Of a DNA stretch of 37,337 bases, positions 25,630 through 33,059 are shown piece by piece. The position numbers and the translations under genes are program-made. The stretch's first letter is position 1; each line of letters starts with the position of its first letter. Origin of the DNA: a virus; the IMG/VR virus record IMGVR_UViG_3300049076_000010, positions 1 through 37,337 of that record. One strand, written 5' to 3'. The notes beneath the pieces are model-generated. The model made no database searches. It saw only the letters and a program-made list of their open reading frames with translations, and was not told where the DNA came from.

Positions 25630-26044
25630 CTGCCGCTTGGTTTGCTAATGCTTGTTGCTGCTCATTTAGCATGGCCCATGCCAGTCTGGTTAAATCCTCT
25701 GGAGCATCATGATTTACCGCGCAACCTGCATGCCCTAGCCACGCCTGATGATTGATAACTGATGCACTTAAGTTAACATCTGATGAATTAGGCCAAGTAT
25801 CTACAGCTTTAATCATTGCCGCTTTAAACGCTGGAATATTCAACATTAAATCTCTGGATTGAATAATCTTTTCCCGCCTTTGCTTAACTGGGATTTGCTT
25901 CCACATATTGCCTTGATATTCTTCCATGTTGGTGAAGTGGTGATAGACGCGCTTAATCTTCAATGTCGCCCACCATTTCAATATCTGCGTAAGATTCGGC
26001 TTCCCATGCTTCGGTGAATTCTTCATTGTTGAATAACGAGGCAA
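25586..26044 (-). CDS. Hypothetical protein between the ParB-like and PAPS-reductase-like genes; start uncertain
   Basis: 152-aa ORF overlapping the ParB-like gene by 92 nt, so an internal Met (for example 25927) is likely. The motif NHQAWLGHAGCAVN is reminiscent of the N4 gp49 / Sf6 gp66 family. Low certainty. Confidence 0.45.
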   Translation of the reverse strand: MPRYSTMKNSPKHGKPNLTQILKWWATLKIKRVYHHFTNMEEYQGNMWKQIPVKQRREKIIQSRDLMLNIPAFKAAMIKAVDTWPNSSDVNLSASVINHQAWLGHAGCAVNHDAPEDLTRLAWAMLNEQQQALANQAADEAKEHWKNNYAKN

Positions 26045-26612
26045 GGCCAGTAATCTGCTGTAGCCTTAACACTTCATCAGCTTCCATGCCTAACTGTTTA
26101 GCTATTTTTTCATCAGACCAAAAGCGGCGTTTAAGCTCTACTACAATCTCGCTCATTGAATCGACTTTGTGCTTACCTCTTGCTCGATTGTGGCGAATGG
26201 TAGAGGCCATGCGGTCGCCTTTATCTTCCTGGCTTTGGCGAATCTGCACCAATGGTAAATAGCCGTGAATCCTTGCTTGAATATCTGCACATTCCTTGCC
26301 TACGCGGTGGCGGTGAAATCCATCAACCACTTCGTACTTATCCTCACTTGGCATGGATACGATCGGCTGCGTATACCCGTCAGCATCAATTGATACTCTT
26401 AGTAATTCCATTTCTACCGGAGCTACAGAGTTAGGGTTATAGTCATTAGAAAATACCGTATCGTTTTTTACCCATTTTACAAAATCTACTGGCTCTGTTT
26501 TGAACGGGCTTAAATCGTGAATAACTTGGCGTAATGTGTTGATTAAATCAACTTTGCTATCAAGCGTTTCTGATGATTCTATAGCTCGTTTAATTTGTTC
26601 TTGTAAGCTCAT
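25953..26612 (-). CDS. ParB/sulfiredoxin-domain protein, IbrB-like
   Basis: 219 aa. ParB-box-like VVDGFHRHRV and downstream STIRHNRARGKH. Confidence 0.7.
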   Translation of the reverse strand: MSLQEQIKRAIESSETLDSKVDLINTLRQVIHDLSPFKTEPVDFVKWVKNDTVFSNDYNPNSVAPVEMELLRVSIDADGYTQPIVSMPSEDKYEVVDGFHRHRVGKECADIQARIHGYLPLVQIRQSQEDKGDRMASTIRHNRARGKHKVDSMSEIVVELKRRFWSDEKIAKQLGMEADEVLRLQQITGLASLFNNEEFTEAWEAESYADIEMVGDIED

Positions 26613-26742
26613 ATTGTTCTTTCAGTTTTTGTCTTATCCACTTAGCGCGGCCCAGTTTGGTTAATTGCTTCCACTCATCATCATTGAAGCGCATGGCCCT
26701 TACTTTGGCTTTGCTGGCTATTTTTGGTCTACCTCTGTTCAT
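26590..26742 (-). CDS. Small basic ribbon-helix-helix-like protein (50 aa)
   Basis: Hand-translated: MNRGRPKIASKAKVRAMRFNDDEWKQLTKLGRAKWIRQKLKEQYELTRTN*. Beta-strand then helix pattern (VRAMRFNDDEWKQL). No SD sequence. The ATG lies 7 nt after a TATAAT box. Confidence 0.45.
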   Translation of the reverse strand: MNRGRPKIASKAKVRAMRFNDDEWKQLTKLGRAKWIRQKLKEQYELTRTN

Positions 26743-26749
26743 GTGGATA

Positions 26750-26777
26750 ATTATACCGATATTTTATTAAATGTAAA
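26750..26777 (-). promoter_or_regulatory. Candidate internal sigma70 promoter driving a leaderless transcript
   Basis: The minus strand reads TTTACA-16 nt-TATAAT-tatccac-ATG (plus-strand tgtaaa 26772-77, attata 26750-55). Confidence 0.45.
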
Positions 26778-26782
26778 TACAT

Positions 26783-26965
26783 TTATTGCTTATGCGGAAT
26801 TGATAAATAATGTACACAGTCGGTGTCTGCTAGTTTCCAGAATTCTTTAAATTGCCGCTCGTCAGGCTCTGCCTTGAATCTTAAACAGGTCTCACGATAA
26901 GCACAGACATTCCCACCCTCTGGGTTCTGGCCTTTGCATTTGCTGTTGTCTGCTGGTATTTTCAT
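26783..26965 (-). CDS. Hypothetical Cys-containing protein (60 aa)
   Basis: ORF track. Follows the helicase stop after 3 nt. Confidence 0.5.
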   Translation of the reverse strand: MKIPADNSKCKGQNPEGGNVCAYRETCLRFKAEPDERQFKEFWKLADTDCVHYLSIPHKQ

Positions 26966-26968
26966 TTT

Positions 26969-27859
26969 TTATTCTCCTTTGAATTTTTCCGTGAACATCA
27001 ATGTGCTAGGCTCAAAATCCAACATGAGCTTGCCTTCCCATTCGCCCTCGCGCTGTTTATCGCATTTCAGGATTACATCTGGCATTTCTTTAATCTTTTC
27101 CTTGTTACTCCATACCACTAAGCTGTTATGCACGTTGTCGGATATACCGCCAGAACCTTTAGCGTCATAACGACCGCTAGGCTCTGTCTCTTTACCCTTT
27201 TTGGTATGGTGTACGATGTGAATGTGTATCTTGGTTTTAATGGCTATCTCACAGATTTTCACAATGAAATCTTTTTGGGCGTTGTGATCGTCCTCACCAG
27301 GAATAACGCGCATTAAACTATCAACAATGAAATGTTTAACGCCTAAGTTCATGGCAGCGTAATAGATAACCCCATAAAGCCGTTCTGCACTCATGCCGCC
27401 CTGTTTATCAAAGATGAAGAAGTTAGCGTTGGCAAACTGTAAGAAGTCCGTATACTCGTCATAACCAATATCATGCGTGTGGGCGAATTGCTTAACCATT
27501 CGATTGATGGTTGATAGCGGTTTCATTTCAAAGCTGGCGATACATACGGTTTTTTGCTGCCTGATGAAGTTCAGCGCGAAATATCCAAGCATCATTGATT
27601 TCTTATGCCCGTTGTATCCTGACCATAAAGTCACTTCACCTTCACGGAATCTAAATAGATCGTGCATTTTAGGGAATGGCATTGTGTCGCCAGTTAATAT
27701 ATGCCCGTTTTGAATAAAATCTTCAATGTCATCGTAATACTCAATAAGGCGTTTGATTTTTTGGTTGTCCTCTTCGTTTTCACGATAGAACTTCTCAAAA
27801 TCTATATCAGGGATGCCAGCTTGTTCTAGTTTTTTTGCTAATTCATCTAACCTACTCAT
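26969..27859 (-). CDS. DnaB/T7-gp4-like replicative helicase (RecA-fold) with deviant P-loop
   Basis: 296 aa. P-loop-like SGYNGHKKS (Lys where the conserved Gly is expected). Walker B HFIVDSLM. HIVHHTKKG motif. Confidence 0.7.
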   Translation of the reverse strand: MSRLDELAKKLEQAGIPDIDFEKFYRENEEDNQKIKRLIEYYDDIEDFIQNGHILTGDTMPFPKMHDLFRFREGEVTLWSGYNGHKKSMMLGYFALNFIRQQKTVCIASFEMKPLSTINRMVKQFAHTHDIGYDEYTDFLQFANANFFIFDKQGGMSAERLYGVIYYAAMNLGVKHFIVDSLMRVIPGEDDHNAQKDFIVKICEIAIKTKIHIHIVHHTKKGKETEPSGRYDAKGSGGISDNVHNSLVVWSNKEKIKEMPDVILKCDKQREGEWEGKLMLDFEPSTLMFTEKFKGE

Positions 27860-28293
27860 TCGCCAGCCCCTTGGATTGCTTTATTGATTAATTGGTATGC
27901 TTTGTCTAGACGTTCATTTTCTTCTACGGTTAATGTCTTGCCCTTTCGTATGTCATAAGCACATAACATGACAATACGGCATTCGTGTTTGATGATTTTT
28001 AATGCATCAGTGGAATAGATTATTTGGTCAATCTTTTTGACATTGTGCGCTACTGTCTTTTCAGGGAATACATCTTCCCAATCTAAACCGATTGATGAAA
28101 GTATTGAATACGTATCACAGCCCGCAAAACAGTTAATCAGGATTCGACCGTCTGATTCTTCACGTATGGTTAAGCTGGCTGTTTTATCTGCATGGGCAGG
28201 ACAACACGCCATGTATTTGTTATCGCCGCTACGTTTAATCTTTTGTAGCCTCGATAGGATAGGCTGCAATCTCATATTGCACCTTCCAGACAT
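27856..28293 (-). CDS. Primase-type zinc-finger protein without a TOPRIM domain
   Basis: 145 aa. CCPAHADKTASLTI...ILINCFAGCD is the CHC2/P4-type primase zinc-binding pattern. ATGA-type overlap with the helicase gene. Confidence 0.6.
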   Translation of the reverse strand: MSGRCNMRLQPILSRLQKIKRSGDNKYMACCPAHADKTASLTIREESDGRILINCFAGCDTYSILSSIGLDWEDVFPEKTVAHNVKKIDQIIYSTDALKIIKHECRIVMLCAYDIRKGKTLTVEENERLDKAYQLINKAIQGAGE

Positions 28294-28955
28294 TTAGGCG
28301 TTGATTCTTCTTGCTGTAGGCCTTCAAGCCACTTAACGTTAAAGCCAGCCCAAGATTGTTCGCAACATATCTTTATAGCATTGTTCATAGTGAAGCCGTG
28401 TTTCTCAGCATGCGCTTTAATCTTATCTAACGCTGGTTGGGTTATAGCTTGTTTCTTTTCTTTCCTGACACGAATCCATGCAGAAGCGTATTGCTCTTCG
28501 ACATCCATAGCCGAGAGCAAAGCGAAAGGCGTAATGTTTTTAGGTTTTATTGGTTCTTGGTTAATGGTTAATGGTTTATGGTTAGCATTGCCTTCGGTAT
28601 GCGAACGCATTGCGATCACATTATCAGGCACGTTCTTCTTGGCCCAACGGGCTTTTGCACTATCACTAGCAGACTTAGATTTGGCATGATATGCCTCTAT
28701 TTCTATATCACAACGCTTATGAATGTATCCGTTTTCGGTCTTTAAAAAGAAGTCTTGCAATACGTTTCTAACTGCTTGCATATCATCCGCAATGCGAACG
28801 CATAGCGAACGCATAACTTTATCTTCCTCTAATGGGATGGGTAATTCAGTTAGGTAGTATTGGTCTAGTAGCTGACGATAAGCATAATGCTCTATCGGTG
28901 TTAGGTGGATTGTATCTTTGCGATAATCTGCAATGTTAAATTGGTAATAATGCAT
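28272..28955 (-). CDS. DUF1376-family replication initiation-like protein
   Basis: 227 aa. The N-terminus MHYYQFNIADYRKDTIHLTPIEHYAYRQLLDQYY matches the DUF1376 pattern (YYxfxxxDYxxDTxxLsxxExGaYxxLL). Confidence 0.65.
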   Translation of the reverse strand: MHYYQFNIADYRKDTIHLTPIEHYAYRQLLDQYYLTELPIPLEEDKVMRSLCVRIADDMQAVRNVLQDFFLKTENGYIHKRCDIEIEAYHAKSKSASDSAKARWAKKNVPDNVIAMRSHTEGNANHKPLTINQEPIKPKNITPFALLSAMDVEEQYASAWIRVRKEKKQAITQPALDKIKAHAEKHGFTMNNAIKICCEQSWAGFNVKWLEGLQQEESTPKCLEGAI

Positions 28956-29208
28956 TTGATAATCCCGATTGATTGTTGTTGTTTGTGGGTGAGTTCCAAA
29001 TCGGTGGAACAGGGTCAGCTAAACCTTGTCCCCACAACTCGTATGCTACACGAATTCCTACAAAAAGATAGGAATTAGTCCGACAGAACTACATATTTAT
29101 TTGCATTATTATGAAATAATTGGCACACTTTATGCCGTGAATATACAGCTGTTTAAGTCTCGTCGTTAATGTTGATTCTTCAACTACCTAGTATAAATAA
29201 CAGGTAGG

Positions 29209-29355
29209 TTAGGAGTTCTCTTTTAGCATCACTTTAATGAGGTGAATAAGCTTGTGTACGGCTTCTTTTTTCTCAGGTGTACGTTTACCTAGGGGAATTA
29301 GTTTTGATTGGTGTAAGGCGGCTTTGTAGCTGTCTGACTGCATAGTTTTATTCAC
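29209..29355 (-). CDS. Possible small protein (48 aa from GTG)
   Basis: Hand-translated: (V)NKTMQSDSYKAALHQSKLIPLGKRTPEKKEAVHKLIHLIKVMLKENS*. GGAG lies 6 nt before the GTG. Confidence 0.3.
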   Translation of the reverse strand: MNKTMQSDSYKAALHQSKLIPLGKRTPEKKEAVHKLIHLIKVMLKENS

Positions 29356-29419
29356 TTGTTACTCCTTTGGCACGATTTATGATTAGACCTTGAATCTTTT
29401 AATCCAAGGTGTTGAAGGG

Positions 29420-29674
29420 TTAGGTTAGTAGATGTTTAATTGCGTAAAGCTTGGTGCCATCTTGTAATTGATTAATTATTGGATGGGTTATTATTCCAGG
29501 CACTTTGCCGTAAAAGTTTATTTCAGCCACTGGCTCTCCGGCTCTTTGTGAGATAACTTCGTTGATTAGGGATTCGAGTTGAGTGCCAGTGATTTCTAGC
29601 AACTTGTCGCCTTTGCAATTTACGGCTAAAGCTATAGCGCCTTTTTCTATTGCTAGTTCCTGTAATGTTTTCAT
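29420..29674 (-). CDS. Hypothetical protein (84 aa)
   Basis: ORF track. RBS agaggtaatcaATG. Confidence 0.55.
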   Translation of the reverse strand: MKTLQELAIEKGAIALAVNCKGDKLLEITGTQLESLINEVISQRAGEPVAEINFYGKVPGIITHPIINQLQDGTKLYAIKHLLT

Positions 29675-29712
29675 TGATTACCTCTATTAAATACAAAAAT
29701 CTTTATTGTTCA

Positions 29713-29883
29713 TTAGGTGTTTAGGCTTGGCGTTGCATCCTGCGGACTCTTAAGACTTCCTGTATGACTTCTCAATAAATCATCTAAGTAACCATTTGGT
29801 TTCCCTTGCTTATAAAGAGATATTTGCAGTTCACGTAAACCGTCATATAAGTCTTTTTTATGCACTACATTTAATTCATCCAT
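29713..29883 (-). CDS. Hypothetical small protein (56 aa)
   Basis: Hand-translated: MDELNVVHKKDLYDGLRELQISLYKQGKPNGYLDDLLRSHTGSLKSPQDATPSLNT*. RBS ggagaaataaATG. Confidence 0.45.
   Translation of the reverse strand: MDELNVVHKKDLYDGLRELQISLYKQGKPNGYLDDLLRSHTGSLKSPQDATPSLNT
29720..29750 (-). repeat. Same-sense conserved element, copy Y (partner at 35664-35695 on plus)
   Basis: The minus strand reads AGAGTCCGCAG-gat-GCAACGCCAA-g-CCTAAA. Three colinear exact blocks (11+10+6 nt) are shared with the plus-strand copy. Confidence 0.65.
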
Positions 29884-30013
29884 TTATTTCTCCATATCCA
29901 ACAACATAATTAATCCAACCTAACTCAATAAACCATGCGCCTTCATAGTCATAGCCAAAAGCCAGTGTCGGCAATATAAAAAATATTCTGTGATTCTCTC
30001 TCGCGTAGATCAT
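29879..30013 (-). CDS. Hypothetical small protein (44 aa)
   Basis: Hand-translated: MIYARENHRIFFILPTLAFGYDYEGAWFIELGWINYVVGYGEING*. RBS gaggtagcgaATG. Its stop overlaps the next start. Confidence 0.4.
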
Positions 30014-30017
30014 TCGC

Positions 30018-30034
30018 TACCTCGCGTATCAGTG
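30018..30034 (-). repeat. 17-nt repeated leader element, copy 1
   Basis: The minus strand reads CACTGATACGCGAGGTA 4 nt before the ATG at 30013. Identical to 32582-32598. Confidence 0.7.
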
Positions 30035-30106
30035 CTACTTAATTTCAATGTCAAAATTACCCAAAATGTTTTGGGGTTTAATGAACCTTATTAACCTATA
30101 AAGGGT

Positions 30107-30334
30107 TTAATCATCTTGTTGATCTGTGCTAAATGAATATTCAACATTCGTGCTAATTAAAAATTCACTTTCACATGATGGACATTCTTTTGTATGCTCA
30201 CCTTCTTCGTACAAATTCCACCATTCGTTTTCAGAAATAGTACACTCTTTGCCACAATGAGGGCATTTAGGTTCATCATTGCGCCAGAATTCCAGCGGCT
30301 CTTTTGATTTAAGTAATGCTTCATTTTTCAGCAT
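30107..30334 (-). CDS. Zinc-ribbon protein (75 aa)
   Basis: ORF track. CPHCGKEC ... CPSCESEF. Confidence 0.6.
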   Translation of the reverse strand: MLKNEALLKSKEPLEFWRNDEPKCPHCGKECTISENEWWNLYEEGEHTKECPSCESEFLISTNVEYSFSTDQQDD

Positions 30335-30337
30335 GGT

Positions 30338-30697
30338 TTACTTCCCTTCTATTAATGGGCTGGCTGCTACCATTGCTTTGTCAATGGCATCATCAAGTGT
30401 AAGCCCTCGCATAACAAAGCTACTGCTATGCAATCTCCAGTAATGATTGCCGCCCATATCTAATATATTTCTTGTGCAATTTTGTTTAATCCACCGATAC
30501 TTTTCAGCATCACTCTCTGTCTCTATAGGTACCACTTTGTAACCAGCAGGTATTTGCTTGCGTAGGCGTGTTATTTCTTCTGCGGCTTCATCTATCAAAA
30601 GAGCTTCTTCTAGCGGGTCAGCTTTAGCCGAAAGAATCCTTAATCTGTGAATAATATCCATGTTACTTATCCTCTTTGTTAGTAATGGCTTGGTCAA
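30338..30697 (-). CDS. Hypothetical protein (119 aa)
   Basis: ORF track. Coupled to the upstream gene. Confidence 0.55.
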   Translation of the reverse strand: MTKPLLTKRISNMDIIHRLRILSAKADPLEEALLIDEAAEEITRLRKQIPAGYKVVPIETESDAEKYRWIKQNCTRNILDMGGNHYWRLHSSSFVMRGLTLDDAIDKAMVAASPLIEGK

Positions 30698-31179
30698 TCT
30701 ATTAATCCACTCTTCTTAGACGATGCCGCTATCCAATCAGGGCCACGAACTTCTTCTAGGCCGCCAATTAAGTCTGATTCTTCTGGAAATCGCATTCCAT
30801 CATTGGCGCTAGATGGTTGCCATGTGCCATCTAATCTATCCCCATCAGGTGTAGGTGCGGCGGCAGCAGTTAGTAGCGCGAGTAGTTCTTCTAGCGAATT
30901 AGTGCTTTCGCCTTCTTCGTCGTTATATGTGGCTGTTTCGCGTAGGCATTCGATAACATGTTTCAATTCGGCTACGCCTCTATGCTTCACCACAACTGCA
31001 TAGCCATCACTATTAGGTAGCTGAGTATCCCCTTTTACATTTTCAGCAAAAGCTATAACACTAGGTAATAAGCACTCAAGCCTGTAAGCGTAATCGCCCA
31101 TGTTCTCGCTTTTGGCGTTGTGTATCTCGTCTTTGAATACATTGCTAACCGCTTCGATAATCCGTTGTTTAATACTCAT
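30694..31179 (-). CDS. Hypothetical protein (161 aa)
   Basis: ORF track. Confidence 0.55.
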   Translation of the reverse strand: MSIKQRIIEAVSNVFKDEIHNAKSENMGDYAYRLECLLPSVIAFAENVKGDTQLPNSDGYAVVVKHRGVAELKHVIECLRETATYNDEEGESTNSLEELLALLTAAAAPTPDGDRLDGTWQPSSANDGMRFPEESDLIGGLEEVRGPDWIAASSKKSGLID

Positions 31180-31185
31180 GATTGT

Positions 31186-31428
31186 TTATCCCTTAAATTC
31201 AATTGATTTTATGCGCTCAATGGCTTCATCTATATCCATACGGTGCCATTCCCTGTTTTCAATATTGGCGACAATTTCTGTAGGGTCTAATCCACCGCGC
31301 CTGTTTAACATTTCAAGAGACTGATAATGGTTTTTCTGCGCCCATTCTTCGTTAAGCGCATCCCAATTAATAAACTTCGGACAATTTTTATAATTTCTAT
31401 TATTTAGAACTCTAAACGCGACGCTCAT
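31186..31428 (-). CDS. Hypothetical protein (80 aa)
   Basis: ORF track. Confidence 0.55.
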   Translation of the reverse strand: MSVAFRVLNNRNYKNCPKFINWDALNEEWAQKNHYQSLEMLNRRGGLDPTEIVANIENREWHRMDIDEAIERIKSIEFKG

Positions 31429-31431
31429 TGT

Positions 31432-31896
31432 TTATCCCTTAGTAATGGCTTGGTCGATGATTTCCCTAGCTGGCGAGGATGGGTAGAAGTAAACGCCGTG
31501 GTTAGTTGTTAACTCAACATAACCATTATGCTTATCAAGCCAATCTAGCCGCTTAGTGTCCGCATCCTGCTCTGCTTTAGAGTGAGAGGCGCGGTATTGC
31601 CATGCTTCCCAAGCAGTTATTTTGCGTTCGGTCATATAGTCTTCTGCCCAAAATTCTTCAATCCTTCTGGCTTTGAATTGTTCTGGCACGTCTTTCAACC
31701 AATAATCCATAAACGCTTTACGTTCATCCACTGGCTCTGCATCGCTATTGGTTAGCAGTTCAGCGAATTTGAATATTGCTTCAAGAATGTCGTTGTCGTG
31801 CCGGTTTCTTACTCTAACAATGGGCTTTCCCGTAATTTCATAAAGTAATCCCGCCTCTTTAGCGGCTGCTATTACTTTGTCTTGTGTTAGGTTCAT
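31432..31896 (-). CDS. Hypothetical protein (154 aa)
   Basis: ORF track. ATGA overlap with the upstream gene. Confidence 0.55.
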   Translation of the reverse strand: MNLTQDKVIAAAKEAGLLYEITGKPIVRVRNRHDNDILEAIFKFAELLTNSDAEPVDERKAFMDYWLKDVPEQFKARRIEEFWAEDYMTERKITAWEAWQYRASHSKAEQDADTKRLDWLDKHNGYVELTTNHGVYFYPSSPAREIIDQAITKG

Positions 31897-32267
31897 GATG
31901 TAGCCTTTGCGATGGCTTGCTCAGTTATGTCGTCTATTGCGCCTATGATTGTTTCAAAGCTAATTTCATCTTTTCTTACCCATTGCTGAATATCTTTAAT
32001 TACTTGTAGCAATTCCGCATTCCGTTGTTTTAGTTCTTCGTAAGTTTGGCTAGGATTTTCAATAGCGTTAATGCCTTCCAGATGGCCTGTAGCGATTCCA
32101 GCGCAGGCATTTACACATGCCACAATGCGTTTAGCGTTGGCAGCTCCAATCCCATCATAAGCATCAGTATGGTTGCAATAAGCAATTGGAGTATGGCCTT
32201 CGGTGATAACGTAATGGCTATCAGCTATCCAAGGTTCTTTTGTATGTTCTTCTTTAGTAGGTTGCAT
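31893..32267 (-). CDS. Hypothetical protein (124 aa)
   Basis: ORF track. The motif ANAKRIVACVNACAGI is common in small lambdoid early proteins. Confidence 0.55.
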   Translation of the reverse strand: MQPTKEEHTKEPWIADSHYVITEGHTPIAYCNHTDAYDGIGAANAKRIVACVNACAGIATGHLEGINAIENPSQTYEELKQRNAELLQVIKDIQQWVRKDEISFETIIGAIDDITEQAIAKATS

Positions 32268-32331
32268 AGTTAGTATCCTTTAGTAATATATTGGGTTATC
32301 AAAACCTATTTGGTTAATCTTGTTTTTAGGC

Positions 32332-32577
32332 TTAACGTTGCACTCTGCCATATTCACCGACAGCAGGTCTTTCCCCGCTATATAATGAATACTCAAAATA
32401 ATTACCTTCTGCATCATGCCAACTAGCCAAGCATTCCTGGTGCATTTTGCTGGTTGTGCAAACGTCATCAAATGAAGCCCACCTTGCATATTCTTCGCCA
32501 ATTAAAATAGGCTCACCACAGCTATGGCATCTATGTTGTTTGCGTGCTTTTCTAGTAATTGCTGTCGTGCTATACAT
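32332..32577 (-). CDS. Hypothetical zinc-binding protein with basic N-terminus
   Basis: 81 aa. TRKARKQHRCHSCGEP ... HQEC. RBS gcgaggtaatttATG. Confidence 0.55.
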   Translation of the reverse strand: MYSTTAITRKARKQHRCHSCGEPILIGEEYARWASFDDVCTTSKMHQECLASWHDAEGNYFEYSLYSGERPAVGEYGRVQR

Positions 32578-32581
32578 AAAT

Positions 32582-32598
32582 TACCTCGCGTATCAGTG
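32582..32598 (-). repeat. 17-nt repeated leader element, copy 2
   Basis: The minus strand reads CACTGATACGCGAGGTA 4 nt before the ATG at 32577. It is preceded by the hairpin GTGGC-actgaata-GCCAC. Confidence 0.7.
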
Positions 32599-32683
32599 GC
32601 TATTCAGTGCCACAATCTAATTATCCAAAATTGGTTTAGCAATCTCTCACTCTATTAAACTGCCTACTAACCTTATTCACTAG

Positions 32684-32863
32684 CTATTCACCAAGCTTTC
32701 TAAAATGATTAGCTAACTTTTCAATCAAGCTTGCTTTTCCATCACCAGTATTAATGATGTTGTAAAGATTCTGCTTGCTCGTACCTATTGCGCTTGCTAC
32801 TGCTGGCACATTTATTTGCTCGTCTTTAAGCTTGCGCAGCACATATTCTAATAGCGTTTCCAT
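32684..32863 (-). CDS. Cro-like small helix-turn-helix regulator (59 aa)
   Basis: Hand-translated: METLLEYVLRKLKDEQINVPAVASAIGTSKQNLYNIINTGDGKASLIEKLANHFRKLGE*. HTH at VPAVASAIGTSKQNLYNIIN. RBS ggagaagcaATG. First gene after the divergent promoter region. Confidence 0.6.
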   Translation of the reverse strand: METLLEYVLRKLKDEQINVPAVASAIGTSKQNLYNIINTGDGKASLIEKLANHFRKLGE

Positions 32864-32887
32864 TGCTTCTCCTTAACATTTAACCAA

Positions 32888-32916
32888 AGTATAATTGACT
32901 ATCGGTAAAAGCGCAA
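32888..32916 (-). promoter_or_regulatory. Early promoter for the minus-strand operon
   Basis: The minus strand reads TTGCGC-17 nt-TATACT, about 25 nt upstream of the Cro-like ATG. Confidence 0.5.
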
Positions 32917-32950
32917 GCGGTTTATGTTAAAACTTTCTTGTCTTAGGGTA

Positions 32951-32978
32951 TTGACATTAAGTTAAATATCGTTAAACT
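32951..32978 (+). promoter_or_regulatory. Early promoter for the plus-strand operon
   Basis: The plus strand reads TTGACA (32951-56), a 16-nt spacer, then TAAACT (32973-78). Divergent from the Cro-like promoter. Confidence 0.55.
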
Positions 32979-33059
32979 GGGAACCACTGAGACGCAACTC
33001 GTAAGATGAAATAAGCGTCAGCTAAGTAATCAGGACGGTTGTTTCTCAGTGTTTTATAG

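Noticed and set aside
32280-32501. 73-aa minus-strand ORF overlapping 32332-32577
   Set aside because: It is an alternative frame of a gene that has an RBS and zinc-binding motifs, and it has no start context of its own.
32890-32895. Plus-strand TATAAT overlapping the minus-strand -10, considered as an additional rightward promoter
   Set aside because: There is no acceptable -35 at 16-18 nt (TTCTCC). It is most likely just the partial palindrome of the minus-strand TATACT box.
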